NCBI GenBank assembly: GCA_002633005.1 | Contig: NMRA01000057.1 | Coordinates: forward strand, 684,434-748,433 | Source of the DNA: Phoronis australis | Taxonomy: Eukaryota; Animalia; Phoronida | Length of the DNA: 64,000 nt | Direction of reading: 5' to 3' | Program-made: the position numbers and the translations under genes | Shown: piece by piece, positions 42,887-54,479 of the stretch | Layout: the number at the start of each line of letters is the position of its first letter | Position numbering within the stretch: position 1 is the stretch's first letter | Notes under the pieces: model-generated | What the model was told of the DNA's origin: nothing | Seen by the model: the letters and a program-made list of their open reading frames with translations, nothing else | Databases searched by the model: none

Positions 42887-45800
42887 CTAAGAAACGTTCA
42901 ATATTTTACGCAGCTCTGAACTTCTGCAGAACAGTTCGATGTTATGCGGACCAAATTCATCCTGCATTCGCTTTAACGAACTAAGCCCCGCCACAACGTC
43001 GTTTACTTTCCTGCGAACTTGATCAGCATCAGTGTACTGCTTCACATATCCTCTAGATATTTCCTGTATCTTCCCAACGCTTGAAGACGAAAACTGAGCG
43101 TTAAGGTTCCCCACTACGTCCTTCATATTTTCGTCGTTTGTTAGTTTCTCAAAGAAGCTCATCCATTGTTTGTCAGAAAGATAATCCATCGTGGCATGGA
43201 TATCATCAAAGCCCACAACGCACGTCACGTGATAATTTCTCCACTTTTCGCACGTCTCACCTATGTACTCCATGCATCTCTGGGCATGTCGTCTAGCGAC
43301 GTGCTTAGAGCAAAGGGGACTTTTCGTCAACAGATACAACGTGCAGGGATAATCGTGGCTGCAACTTTCCAACTTCGTGGCTGGAATGCTTTCCATTAGA
43401 TGTTGCTCCGTGGACTTAGTGCTTCCTGACGCGGTGTTGGATTGAGCGATTCTAATACCGTTGCCTTTGTGCATGTCTGCACTTTTGACATGTTCGAAAG
43501 GTTCATCTGGCCCTCTGTGCTTAAGTCCAACTACACCGTAATCTGTTCTAGAACTCAAATCTTGTTGTAGTTTGGTAACATCCTTTTCTGTATGTCCAAC
43601 CAACACAGGCTGTCGTGTTTTGCCCTCTCGCAAATCTTTTAAATACTTTTCGACATCTAACAGCGCCTTGCGAGTGTCTTGTTCTTTTGCAATTCTCAGC
43701 ACTGCAACGTTTTCATCATTTGAGCAGAGAGTACTTTTACCAACCGGACCCGGATATGTACACTGAAGTCTTTTATTGGAGATCTTATCGTACTTTTTTC
43801 CATTTACAGCGTTTTCTCCCTGCTTTGCCAGATCATCAAATTTGTTCTTCAATGCAGATTTCAAATCTGTGCCGACAGATTTAATTTTAGCTGTCACTTT
43901 ATTCGGTAAATTCTCATACAATTGTTTTATTTTTATAGCCCAATCATCAGAATTTTTTTTCAAGACGAGCTGCTTAAGTTTCTTACCGTGCTTTTTCATA
44001 GAATTAACACTTGTCTTCAGAGCAGATCTGACACTTTTTAAAGACACTTTAAGTTGATCTTTCATCCTGAAAAGTGTAGTTTTTATTTTCAACTGCAAAG
44101 ACTTTTTCAATCCGTTCGTTGCTAAATTATGAAAACCCAATTTGATGCGTCCAATGGACTTTCTAATCAAAGCCTTCGACACCTGGAATACAGCCTTTAT
44201 GCCCGCTTTTACACCAAGCCGTATTCCTGTTTTTATTCCATGTGCTAATGCAGCGGCTGTACCTCCACTCAGCAACGTTACGACATCCATTGCCAAGTCT
44301 ACACTAAAGTTGTCTAGTGCTTCTTTCGTTACTTCTGGACAATTTTTGGCAGAATAAGCAACCGCTCTGAAAAGATTATAAACCCAACTTATGAAAGGGA
44401 TGGCGCCTATAATCTCTGAGGCAGTCTCTTCGCCTCTATCATAGCATCTGGTGCAGCGCATCAATTTATCATCTTTGTAATACGCAGAGACCTTAAACCA
44501 AGTCCATTTCTGTGCGTTCGATTCTTGACGATCGGCAATTCCGACGTTTCCGCCAGAAGCTTCCAAGAACTTTGAACCATACAGCCAGTGCTTTATTTTT
44601 CCGTTATGCATCATCTCCCAATGCTGGCGTGGTTCATGTGAGTACGTTGGTTCCAGAGTGAGCGCTAAATTTGACGTCACTGACAAACTCTTACGCTCAG
44701 CAATGTTGATGAGATGATCGTTTCGGATAAGCCAGAGCATTCCTGGTTCAATTGTTTGCTTACTGTTTTCAGTATTTACTTCACCACGTTTTGTGGTCAG
44801 GAGAGCGCAGCTTTCATGTTCACTCCTGATAATATATTTCTCCATTTCGTTATTGGAAACACAATGGAGCCGACTCGGGTCTTCTAATCCATCTTTTAAA
44901 CTGACAAATGTCCAACTTTGATATCTTTGCTGCCATCTGGAAAACACAGACATATACACACCTCCGTGTTCATGAGAAAATGTTATACCGTTGCTTGGAC
45001 GAGTCTTCAGTTTGATACGTGAATTCTTAAAGGACCATCTATCTCGTAACTTTGGTGAAAGAACAACGGTGTCGTAGGAAACAGAAAGTGCATGTACTGT
45101 TTTCACGTTGACTATTTTGTCGTCATCCCAGTACCAAAGGTGATTAAGCAAATTATTGGAATTCAGAGGTCGCAAACGAACTTTCATATCACTACCTACG
45201 ACCGTCAGCAATTCACATGGCTCCACAGATGATCGTATAAAGAAGGGGCACGCAATATCCACCACTGAGGCATGCTCTATATCTACGAATTCCCAGTGAC
45301 TCGGCTGTGCATTGTTGCACATGGCAATTGTGACGGCATCTTGGCCAATATCGGTAATTGAAAGAAAACAAGATCTGTTGAGCATACTTCGAATGGAAAA
45401 AGAGCCGCGTGTTGTCATACTCCATCTTTGACGAAGAGAAAAAGCATATCTGTGCCACATAAGAACTTCAAATGAATTTTCAGTAAGCTTTTCTCCGATC
45501 ATCAAAGCAAGTTCGCTGTCAGCGTTCACGATATGATTGTGTCGAATATACCAAAGCTGGGTATTCAGATTAGCGCTGTCCAAACGTTTGAAATCAGGTG
45601 ATGCCCCTTTATCCCCTCCGGTCAGAAAAATGCATGGTCGTTCAGTATGTCTTATTAGGAAGTATTTTGACGGGCCATTTTGCTCGTTACATGATAGAAA
45701 ATTAGAGACCTGTCGGTTTAGATCAACAAATCTCCAGCGCGAACTTTCAAAACTGCTATCTCTCCACGCCACCACAGTTCCGTCGTTGCTTGTGTCAAAT

Positions 45801-48800
45801 CCAATCATCCGAGAATCTTGTTGTGCAAAAATCTGCTTATATGACTGTTGAGAGGACGTGATCAGGAAAGATTTTGATTTCTTACTAAGAATTCCAACAT
45901 CGTTAGACAATGACACATAAAGACCGCTCTTCAAGTGAACCAAGTTCTGATCTGAACGGTAGAAAATTTGGGAATCAAAAAGTTCATCAACCATAGGACG
46001 TATTTTCAGAGTTCCCGTCACGCCATCTGTGGGGAACCCGGTCATGACCTCACAAGGTGACACCATGCTTTGTATTACATACATGCAAACGATATTTCCT
46101 ATATCATTCAAACCGTCATTTATGTTGACGACTGACCATTGTCCGTTGTTCTTTTCTCGATTACAATTTAAATTTAAGACACCGTCCTCTTGTTTTGGAC
46201 TTAGCTCACAGTCTATCGTTCCATTCACTGTAGGCCTATGTACTAATGCATGACCATTCATAACAACAGACTGCTCGCTGTTGTATTTCTGTGTTTCTGA
46301 AAGGATCACCTCTCTTGTTTGCGTATCTACCTGCACGGACAGCGCATACTCGACGTTGATCAAATGGCCGTAACGAAAAAACCAAAGTTGGCGACTTGCA
46401 ATAGACTCCTGATATTCCAGAAAGATAATGCTTAAGCCATCGTCGGACGCAGTTAACACCTTACACGGTTCACTGGTGTGCTTAATAAACACGTAACTTG
46501 CAGTTGCATCTACGTAACACGATAAGGAAGTAGGATTCTCTAATGCCCATCTAGATTCTAAGATGTTCCATTTCTGCATTCTGCTCCTAGACGCCTTTTT
46601 GTCAAAAACTACTTGTATACCGCCCGCACGGCGGATAGATAAATATTTCTGACTTTCTCCAATAGGTATGATTGTGTTCCCTTGAACTGACCATTTGGTA
46701 GTTGGAGATCTGTCTTCTTTTGACCTCAGAATGACATTACGTTGATCATGAGTATCACGTGTTAACCAAAGGCCAGTATATAAGCTAACTATGCTATCCT
46801 TGTGCATCACCCACAACTGTCTGTGCAAACGTTTTTCTGAGACTGGTTTCATGCTGACCATTTGTGTCACCGAGTCAGCAGTAAGTACTTCGCACGGTTC
46901 ATCCTGAGTCTGGATGAAATAGTAACACGAGACATTCTGCAGGTAAGCGCGATCTTCGTCAAATGGAATAACATTCCAGGATGCCTGTTCTGAAATATTT
47001 CTTGTAGACAAAAGGACATTTGATTTTGTATTTGAATAACCTGCGATTAAGTACAAGGTCTGATTTCCGATTTGTACGAAAATAGTTTGGTTCTTCATTA
47101 CCCACTTTTCAGCTTGGAGACTTATGCTAGAACGGTCTGTGAAATTGTAAAGCAGGGTCTTGTATGCTATTTTGTAACCCGTACCGTAGTTAACAAGGCG
47201 ACCGCTTTCTAAGTACCAAAGCTGCCCAGCCAAACGTTCTTCCTCGTAATTGCGGAAAGTTAACTCACGACGTACTATGTCATACTCTAGAAGTTTACAG
47301 GCGACGGCTCGGTTACGTAGAAAGAAGAGCGCAGTTGACTCCTTACATCTACGGACGTAGTCGCTAAATTTAAGTGTTGTAACATTCTCTGAATGTTCGC
47401 CAAATATTTCGCCCGTGTTGACGTTAACTACTTTATCTCGCTGATAGTGCCAAAGATTCTGAAAAATGTCTTCTTTTGATGCGACTCCTGAGGGCAATAT
47501 ATTGTCATCGTTCGCTCTCAAAACGTCTCCACACGGAGGCTGGGTCTGAGAAAGAAGGTAGAGGCAATGTATTCTTTCAGAAAAGTCGTCGTCGTTATAG
47601 AAGATAGTTCTCCACTTTGAATTAGGCTTTCGTTGACATGAAAGAGTGCTAGTACTTCCGTTCGTTGTCTGAAGAAAACACGGGTTATCTTCATTAAGTG
47701 TTTTGATGAGACCATCATGGAAATTAAATTGACATCGCCGACCACCTTTTTCTGTAGAAAAAGTGTCGTTATACTTTGCATTAAAAAGCATGCCATATTT
47801 GGAGTACCAGAGGCAAGAGAGTGGGTTTTCCGAGTTGAAGGACTTTTCTTCCGCGACCGTTACGATTCTGTGGAGAACCGTAGAGCATATTACGGGAACA
47901 GACACTGCTACACCAAAGACAAATGCGGCCACGAATAGAGTTTTAGCCAGAATCCCTTTGCCGTGCTGTTGAGCATAAAAAGCAGCCACCAACAAAGAAC
48001 CCAATGCGACACCTGTTGCCGCTAGTATGCTACCGGAAGTAAGAAGAGTAATGTAAGGCCCATCATCAATTTTCGCAACGCATAAAACGCTGCAGGAGCT
48101 TTCAGAAGTCTTCAAAGCGAAGTAGTTTACATTCTTACAAGCGCGGATGGCCTGATTTACGCCAATCAATTTCCATGGGGCACTGGAATTAGTCATTGGT
48201 GCCGTTCCTATGGACTTATCTGGAAATGATTTGAGAGTGATGAACTTGCCCAGTGAAAGGGTGTGCAGCTTTTCATCTTCGTATGACCACTCCTTGTGCA
48301 TTGAACCACTTACAAATGCTTTTTCACTTATGCCTACAAGATACATGTGAGATTTTGCATTTCTCAGATATCTACCTTCCCAATACCACAGCTGATCATG
48401 TCTGACAGGTTCCTTAAGTAGCCCCAACGTCACGCTTTCTTGATGTTGTTCGAGAACCGAACACGTTGCAGTGCTTCGAATGACAAACATACAAGCAACT
48501 CTTTCGAACTCATCCTTTGCTGTATCAAATAAAACAAAGTGCCAGGACTGTGACGAACGTTGACAGTTTTGCTGAGGTCGAACACCCATCCTTCCGGGCA
48601 CGAGTTCAACGTAGCAACTTTCACGGCCATTTTGCTGTACCATAATCGACGTGTTGCGTTTTAGGAGCGTCTCTCCGCGTACAGTGGCAGACAGAAGATT
48701 TGTGTGTTGGTTTCCAAAATCGGCATACATACCATTGCCGACGTTTCGCAAAGAGTTGTTTTCCCAGCGCCATAGCTGGTTCAATAACATGGTTTCGCTG

Positions 48801-49897
48801 TACGTTTCCATGGAGATAACGTGATTCCCTCGCAGCTTTATTGCAGTAAACAATTTGCACGGGAATGCAGAATTCTTAATGAAGAAAGGCTTCTCCGTTT
48901 TTTCACCAAGCTCTAAGTCCCGTCTTCTCCGATGCTTCACTCGTATTTTTGCCGGTTGGTGTAACCTACCACTTAGTCGTTCTTGAATCAATGCAAAGGC
49001 GGTCAGTGAAGCGGCGTGGCCGTGATTTCCTTGTCTGTTAGAAAGCACGTTTTTCAGTGCATTTATGGTGGTTATCTCGTCTGATGTAGTACTTTTGAAA
49101 GTACCAACTTTAAAACCACCAACCTGGCCCTTCAACCTGTTCTTCTTTTGTGGCTTAAAAAGTGCTTCTTGACTTCGATATTGACCTATAACGTCATTCA
49201 GAATAAAATGTATTCCATGCGATCTTCTTCGAAATTGACTTATTCTGCCAAAAACTTGCGAAAGCAAACTGATGCTTTTGAAGTTTTCTACGATAACATC
49301 TTCGTTTTCAACGTTTATCTTTGCTTCAGAGGTCTCAACGTCATAAGATTTGTATTCCGACGAGACGTTACGACGGGTTTTTTCCGACTCGAATTGATTT
49401 AAGTCAGAAATGAATGAGATAGCATCTTCTTCATCAATAAGCTCAAGGACTTCTTGCAACCGCTCCGTCATGGCTTCATGACAGTTCATTGCAAACAAAG
49501 CTATTGACATAAACAATGTAAAGAACGGATAAAAAGCCACATGCTTCTTCCAAAAACGAAAGCTTTGGTTCAACTCGAATGAGTCACACGTCTTCGCTAA
49601 CGGTGTCATGTTTCTAAAAATAGATCCGTTATTCTTTAGCACCGTTTGTCTGATTGACTCAACTACTTTGTCAATCATTTTGACAGTGACGTCTTGCCGT
49701 CGCTCGTTTCCTTCTATTTTTTTAGTGGTTCCTTTCGTCAAAGACATTGTCGGCTTCTGTTTATACTGGTACTGCTTGTTGATTGGTTGTCGGCGGGTCT
49801 TTTCACCCACATTCATCATTAAAGCAAATTCAAACTGCTGTAGAAGCAGCAAGGTTGACCACATAACAGCAAAACGTCTGATGATTATCGAATGCAT
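42887..49897 (-). CDS. Paralogue B: 2336-aa secreted multi-ricin-B repeat protein with a C-terminal deaminase-like domain lacking the first Zn ligand (STE instead of HxE)
   Basis: Uninterrupted ORF collinear with paralogue A along its whole length. ATG 49897 follows a tttatttcag acceptor ending at 49911. RRRR at 48931-48920; STE at 43414-43406; SPLC at 43321-43310; second Cys at 43276-43274. Confidence 0.9.
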   Translation of the reverse strand: MHSIIIRRFAVMWSTLLLLQQFEFALMMNVGEKTRRQPINKQYQYKQKPTMSLTKGTTKKIEGNERRQDVTVKMIDKVVESIRQTVLKNNGSIFRNMTPLAKTCDSFELNQSFRFWKKHVAFYPFFTLFMSIALFAMNCHEAMTERLQEVLELIDEEDAISFISDLNQFESEKTRRNVSSEYKSYDVETSEAKINVENEDVIVENFKSISLLSQVFGRISQFRRRSHGIHFILNDVIGQYRSQEALFKPQKKNRLKGQVGGFKVGTFKSTTSDEITTINALKNVLSNRQGNHGHAASLTAFALIQERLSGRLHQPAKIRVKHRRRRDLELGEKTEKPFFIKNSAFPCKLFTAIKLRGNHVISMETYSETMLLNQLWRWENNSLRNVGNGMYADFGNQHTNLLSATVRGETLLKRNTSIMVQQNGRESCYVELVPGRMGVRPQQNCQRSSQSWHFVLFDTAKDEFERVACMFVIRSTATCSVLEQHQESVTLGLLKEPVRHDQLWYWEGRYLRNAKSHMYLVGISEKAFVSGSMHKEWSYEDEKLHTLSLGKFITLKSFPDKSIGTAPMTNSSAPWKLIGVNQAIRACKNVNYFALKTSESSCSVLCVAKIDDGPYITLLTSGSILAATGVALGSLLVAAFYAQQHGKGILAKTLFVAAFVFGVAVSVPVICSTVLHRIVTVAEEKSFNSENPLSCLWYSKYGMLFNAKYNDTFSTEKGGRRCQFNFHDGLIKTLNEDNPCFLQTTNGSTSTLSCQRKPNSKWRTIFYNDDDFSERIHCLYLLSQTQPPCGDVLRANDDNILPSGVASKEDIFQNLWHYQRDKVVNVNTGEIFGEHSENVTTLKFSDYVRRCKESTALFFLRNRAVACKLLEYDIVRRELTFRNYEEERLAGQLWYLESGRLVNYGTGYKIAYKTLLYNFTDRSSISLQAEKWVMKNQTIFVQIGNQTLYLIAGYSNTKSNVLLSTRNISEQASWNVIPFDEDRAYLQNVSCYYFIQTQDEPCEVLTADSVTQMVSMKPVSEKRLHRQLWVMHKDSIVSLYTGLWLTRDTHDQRNVILRSKEDRSPTTKWSVQGNTIIPIGESQKYLSIRRAGGIQVVFDKKASRSRMQKWNILESRWALENPTSLSCYVDATASYVFIKHTSEPCKVLTASDDGLSIIFLEYQESIASRQLWFFRYGHLINVEYALSVQVDTQTREVILSETQKYNSEQSVVMNGHALVHRPTVNGTIDCELSPKQEDGVLNLNCNREKNNGQWSVVNINDGLNDIGNIVCMYVIQSMVSPCEVMTGFPTDGVTGTLKIRPMVDELFDSQIFYRSDQNLVHLKSGLYVSLSNDVGILSKKSKSFLITSSQQSYKQIFAQQDSRMIGFDTSNDGTVVAWRDSSFESSRWRFVDLNRQVSNFLSCNEQNGPSKYFLIRHTERPCIFLTGGDKGASPDFKRLDSANLNTQLWYIRHNHIVNADSELALMIGEKLTENSFEVLMWHRYAFSLRQRWSMTTRGSFSIRSMLNRSCFLSITDIGQDAVTIAMCNNAQPSHWEFVDIEHASVVDIACPFFIRSSVEPCELLTVVGSDMKVRLRPLNSNNLLNHLWYWDDDKIVNVKTVHALSVSYDTVVLSPKLRDRWSFKNSRIKLKTRPSNGITFSHEHGGVYMSVFSRWQQRYQSWTFVSLKDGLEDPSRLHCVSNNEMEKYIIRSEHESCALLTTKRGEVNTENSKQTIEPGMLWLIRNDHLINIAERKSLSVTSNLALTLEPTYSHEPRQHWEMMHNGKIKHWLYGSKFLEASGGNVGIADRQESNAQKWTWFKVSAYYKDDKLMRCTRCYDRGEETASEIIGAIPFISWVYNLFRAVAYSAKNCPEVTKEALDNFSVDLAMDVVTLLSGGTAAALAHGIKTGIRLGVKAGIKAVFQVSKALIRKSIGRIKLGFHNLATNGLKKSLQLKIKTTLFRMKDQLKVSLKSVRSALKTSVNSMKKHGKKLKQLVLKKNSDDWAIKIKQLYENLPNKVTAKIKSVGTDLKSALKNKFDDLAKQGENAVNGKKYDKISNKRLQCTYPGPVGKSTLCSNDENVAVLRIAKEQDTRKALLDVEKYLKDLREGKTRQPVLVGHTEKDVTKLQQDLSSRTDYGVVGLKHRGPDEPFEHVKSADMHKGNGIRIAQSNTASGSTKSTEQHLMESIPATKLESCSHDYPCTLYLLTKSPLCSKHVARRHAQRCMEYIGETCEKWRNYHVTCVVGFDDIHATMDYLSDKQWMSFFEKLTNDENMKDVVGNLNAQFSSSSVGKIQEISRGYVKQYTDADQVRRKVNDVVAGLSSLKRMQDEFGPHNIELFCRSSELRKILNVS

Positions 49898-50464
49898 GCT
49901 TCTATGATACCTGAAATAAACAAAACCATTCACAAGTGTTAATAACTAAACATAATTTTTGGCAAACCAGTAAGGCCTGATTGTTATTGCCCTTAAGTTG
50001 TATTTGCGTGCTCATCTGCAACTAAACGACAATATTATTTGAAGATCATCTACGCTATGCAAAGTGCAGTTGTATTCATTCAACTTGTAAATGTGAAAAC
50101 AAAAAATTCTGCAACTAGATGACCTTTGCACTAATGACGTACCTTGGGGGCTTACTAGTCTGCATCATGCAGTGTTATTCCCCAACACCACGTCACAATA
50201 CTTCCTGGGCACGGTTGCGTGATTTACGGCGAATCACTTAGACACCAAACTCGTTCTTAAACAGTACACACCATGGATTTTTGCACATTTTGAATTACCG
50301 GAGGCAACAGACTAAATGTATGACGTAAAATTTAGTTAAACCTATGTTTAGTTTGTGTAATTAGTTCGAAATTTTGATTTTTCTTTCAATTTTGCCAATT
50401 TTCACATTTCCCGCCATGCGACGTCATGGGTTGAACAAAAGAGATCAGTGACTAGCATTGAACA

Positions 50465-51489
50465 ATGGCGGAGAGCAGTGAACTTGAAAGCGACGACGAT
50501 TATGAGCAAGAATTGAATGAATACTATGAAGAAACGTACGGGAATGGTGGCCAGGATGAGGAAATGGGGTTGCACGAAAGCGAGAACAAGTTTGATGTGT
50601 GTCAGACTGCGTACTTTTCTACTTTGAGCCTTACGANACTGGATCCTCCCGCGAGAGAAGCGGCCTCGGGCTCGGCGAGTCAACCCAGTCATCCAACAGA
50701 CGATCCTGAATTAAGAGCCGATGTTTCTGAATGATAAATATTGTCCTTTACTGAACCAGGCCTTCATCGTAACATCTCCTGTGACTGGAGTCGAAACACG
50801 AGTCCTCAAAGTGGGCAAAACACAGAGTGGCCCCGGACCGAATCGCTTGGTCCACGATGAGGTCCCACACTCTCGTTCGGCGCACGAAGCGATGCAACTT
50901 CTGCGCAACTTCGGTGTCCTTCGGAACACCGAGACGTTCTCTGCCTGGCTGCTGTTGCTGCAGCCTCCGGCAACACATCTTTTGATCCTTCTACGAACCT
51001 TCTCGAAGCTAAATGTACTTTGCTTTCACTTCACTCTATACACTTTGTCTCTGATCCGAACAGTATGGCGAACGACTTGGGTTCAACCCATGACGTTGTA
51101 CATAATTATTATTTTTTTCTATTTTTGCGTGTTTCTTTATGAGCTGTGCACTAAAAGCACTGAAATCAAGTAAGATATAATAATAAAATTTATTTTGAGG
51201 TACTAGAGTCATGTTGAGTACACTTTAAAAACATTTGGCAATTTCTAACTTACTTCATATTCGCATTGTCGCTATATGCTGTTTTTTTAACTAATTTGAC
51301 CAAGCAATCACAAAGATGACGGATTAGCGTGCGAGACCCCCACTTTAAAAAACAAAGTACTAGACTGTGTTTGACTCGCAGACGAGATTTATTTCTGACG
51401 CTGATGTGGAGAAAATTAGAATGCCTGCGGTATATAGACGCGACAGTTACAAAAATTGCACAACGAACCAAAAATGAAATTCCCTTTAA
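50465..51489. mobile_element. Decayed, internally deleted THAP-encoding DNA transposon (Kolobok-like)
   Basis: Minus strand about 50985-50748 gives a frameshifted THAP finger: KRCVAGGCSNS...VSVF/PKDTEVAQKLHRFVRRTR.W...LCFAHFEDSCF. Plus strand 50465-50733 has an acidic N-terminus, an out-of-frame FYFEPY and DVSE(W), resembling starts of P2X7-ballast-like/KolX genes. The right end reads ...ttccct-ttaa. Left end not found. Confidence 0.55.
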
Positions 51490-54479
51490 GTCCCTCTCGC
51501 AGGACAGCATGGATTTTTTGATGCCGAAAATTTGTTAGCTTTAAATTTCTGTTTAGGGTCATCTAAATAGATTGGGAAGAAATAACACACTGTAGAGTGG
51601 ACAGGGCTTGACATCCAAAAGATATTTTTAGGTTGCCACTTTCCCAGTATTTTCTGTTTCATTTCGAGTGAAATTGCCGAGCCGGTCTTGGAATTGGGTA
51701 CTTAGTCTAATCGTGTTCACAGTACGAAGTTGAGTAGTGGGAAGTGATCACTTATAGTTCATGATTTCCAAAACCAGTTTGATGCCTGATATTCAGAGGA
51801 GAAAACTGGTTCTCAAAATGCGTCGTTTCCTATCTGAGAGATAACACATTAGGTACAAGTACGTTTCGCCACACAAATATGATTAATTTTTTTCGTATAC
51901 TGGCGGAGGAACTTGCGCTTTCTAAGCCCACCTGAAACTTTATCAGTTTCATTTTGGTCCCAGTCGTTCTTCAAGGACTTCAGAATACTTCAGAAACGAA
52001 ACCATGGCCATTTAAATAAAACTTCTCTTCTACAGTTTCTTTTTCGAAGTAAACACAATTGCTCATTGTTTGTTAAGAATTTCTGGCATTACACCAAAAT
52101 ATTGCCACCAAAGTGAATCATGGCAAGGAAATTCACTTTCATGAAAAAACAATAGTCAAGACGGAAGTTGTGTGAAAAATATCGACGTTTAATGTAAGCG
52201 TTCGTTTAAAGACGCAATTCTCACTGTTAATATGAATATAGAAATGAGAATCGAAGTGGGCCTTTTACTCTCATAAAGCAGGTCTCACACTATTTTTTGC
52301 GGTTTCAGGATTTCATTCTCAGGAGGGGCATCAAACCCATCTCAAAGTTTATTAGGGTTGGCCGACCCTAAATTACAGATTCGAAAAGCGCGCATAAGAA
52401 TCGTCTGTGAATTGAGTTACCGATCATTCGGCAATAGTTTAATATTTGGTGAGCGTGGTAAAGTTTTAAACACCAATACACTTCAGTTAAGAATTCAACA
52501 TGCACAACTTAACGCTAGGGTGAAATGCTGCTTTAAAAGTCACGTATGATCTTAAAATGTCCAAATTTGGCTAAATCTGGAACATCACATCTAAGAAAGA
52601 GCTGATCAGAAACTTTCTGATATCATGCCTTATACAATGTTATCCAAAAAGCTGTTAGGTATTGTTTTTTCAAAATATTCCACTTTTCATGAGGGACTGT
52701 CAAAAACATAACTCTTATAATTCACATGAAATAACTTCCATCATTAAAACCAACGACACGTAATGATTTTAAACATGCAACAGCGTTTTAGACCTCATAT
52801 TTAAAAGCATTAATACCAAATGTAATTTAAAATGAACGTAAATTAAGTGGATCAATGAATGAAAAAATAAAATCTGTGGGAATCTGAAATCTATAGTTGT
52901 TTTGTGGCAGTCAGCAGTTGCCCTGATTTTAATCGTTTGATAAATTTTTAATTTCATACTGCAGATGAAAAAAATTTGAACCTTTTTGTAAAGAAAAAGA
53001 ATAAATTTTTCCAACCGTCGAATTAGGCCAAGTTGTTTACTCACCACTTATCCCATGTATGGTCCTAGAGGCAGCTCTGTAGGTGAGTGTATTGTTGGAT
53101 ATTTATGATGTCCTTATATTATATACCGAAAACTGCTTTCACGCAATGTGTTTGGCTAACGTTTCTCGCGTTTTTAAACTATTGTCACTTTCGGTTAAAA
53201 CTTCCTAAAACCGAAAGTGACTATCGGTTGGTCTATTCAAACTAACTTTTAACCTATATACATGTGTAGGGTCTGCTACAGGTTGGTGTAAATGATTTTT
53301 GAGAATCAATTGGAAAATTGAAGTCAGTTACCGGGTACTAAGAATTGTATTATATTTTCACCAGTTTCATTTTCAATATGATCACCATTGTTATACTTGT
53401 TATGGTTTGCAGCAATGCAGTCAAACGTTTCTAATTTTCCAATGAGGGTAGTTCAGCGGCATTCACTAGCACTTTGGGGTCTCGATCAATATACCTGCCA
53501 TTTTATTTCACAGTATGTACTAAAATGCGTGCTTTCTTTGAATGGAAAATGAAAGGTTGAGTGTCACTGACTATAGATTCATAACACATGTACGATCGCT
53601 AACTACCTACTATAGAGTGTAAAAGGACGACGTACTCAGTATCCAAAACAGTCCGGATCGTCGTGTTCCCGTGCAAGACACTCGCGAGTAAAGATAATGT
53701 AATCACGTGCTCAACTAATGCGTTGCAATCATAGACATCACATATCTCACAAACACATGTGATCTTGCTTCTCTCGCAAGAATATTGTTCTACGGAACAG
53801 AGCCTTGATTATCGGAACTGATTCAATACCTTTCGTGCAGATTACATTCAGATTCAACCATCCATTTGTAATTGCCTATAATTTGGATTCCTAAGTCGGG
53901 TTGGATAAAAAAGTCCCAAATAGGGACACGGATGAGTTCCTTCAATCTACTGCGTTTCTGTGGGCTTGTAAAAACAATGACTGTCCTTTCATATGCTGTT
54001 TGAGTCTCATCACTAAGTCAATTTTAGCTTTGATACAAATGGAGAGTGAAGTCTACTGTGAATTCTCAATATTATTGAAAACAGGTTGGCTTCTTTTCAT
54101 GCAACGCCCCTAATTTAGATATTAAGTCCCTCATTATTTTGACTGAATTTAGGGCTCAGTTTTTAGTTATATTGTTAGGAAATGTCATTAGTGAAAGAGG
54201 AAATCACGATAAAGATAAAATTAGTTACATCTCTAAAGAAAGATACGCACAAGATTTAGGGAACTTAGTCGACTCCTTATTTGGGACCGTTTCATGCAAC
54301 CGGGCGCTGTACGCCAACTACAGAATATTTTCTTCCCTGTGCCTGCTGTCATATACATTTTCATTATGTTTCTAATGCAATTGGTGATGTTTCAACATTT
54401 ACCAGACACCCTATGGTCTCTGGTGAATATATCACACCAAAACAAGAACAAGATATACAGAAAGTGTTATAATCCTCGA

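Noticed and set aside
31033-49907. Numerous 60-110 aa ORFs overlapping the two giant genes as possible immunity proteins
   Set aside because: Antisense or out-of-frame shadows; similarity between the two loci follows from conservation of the main frame.
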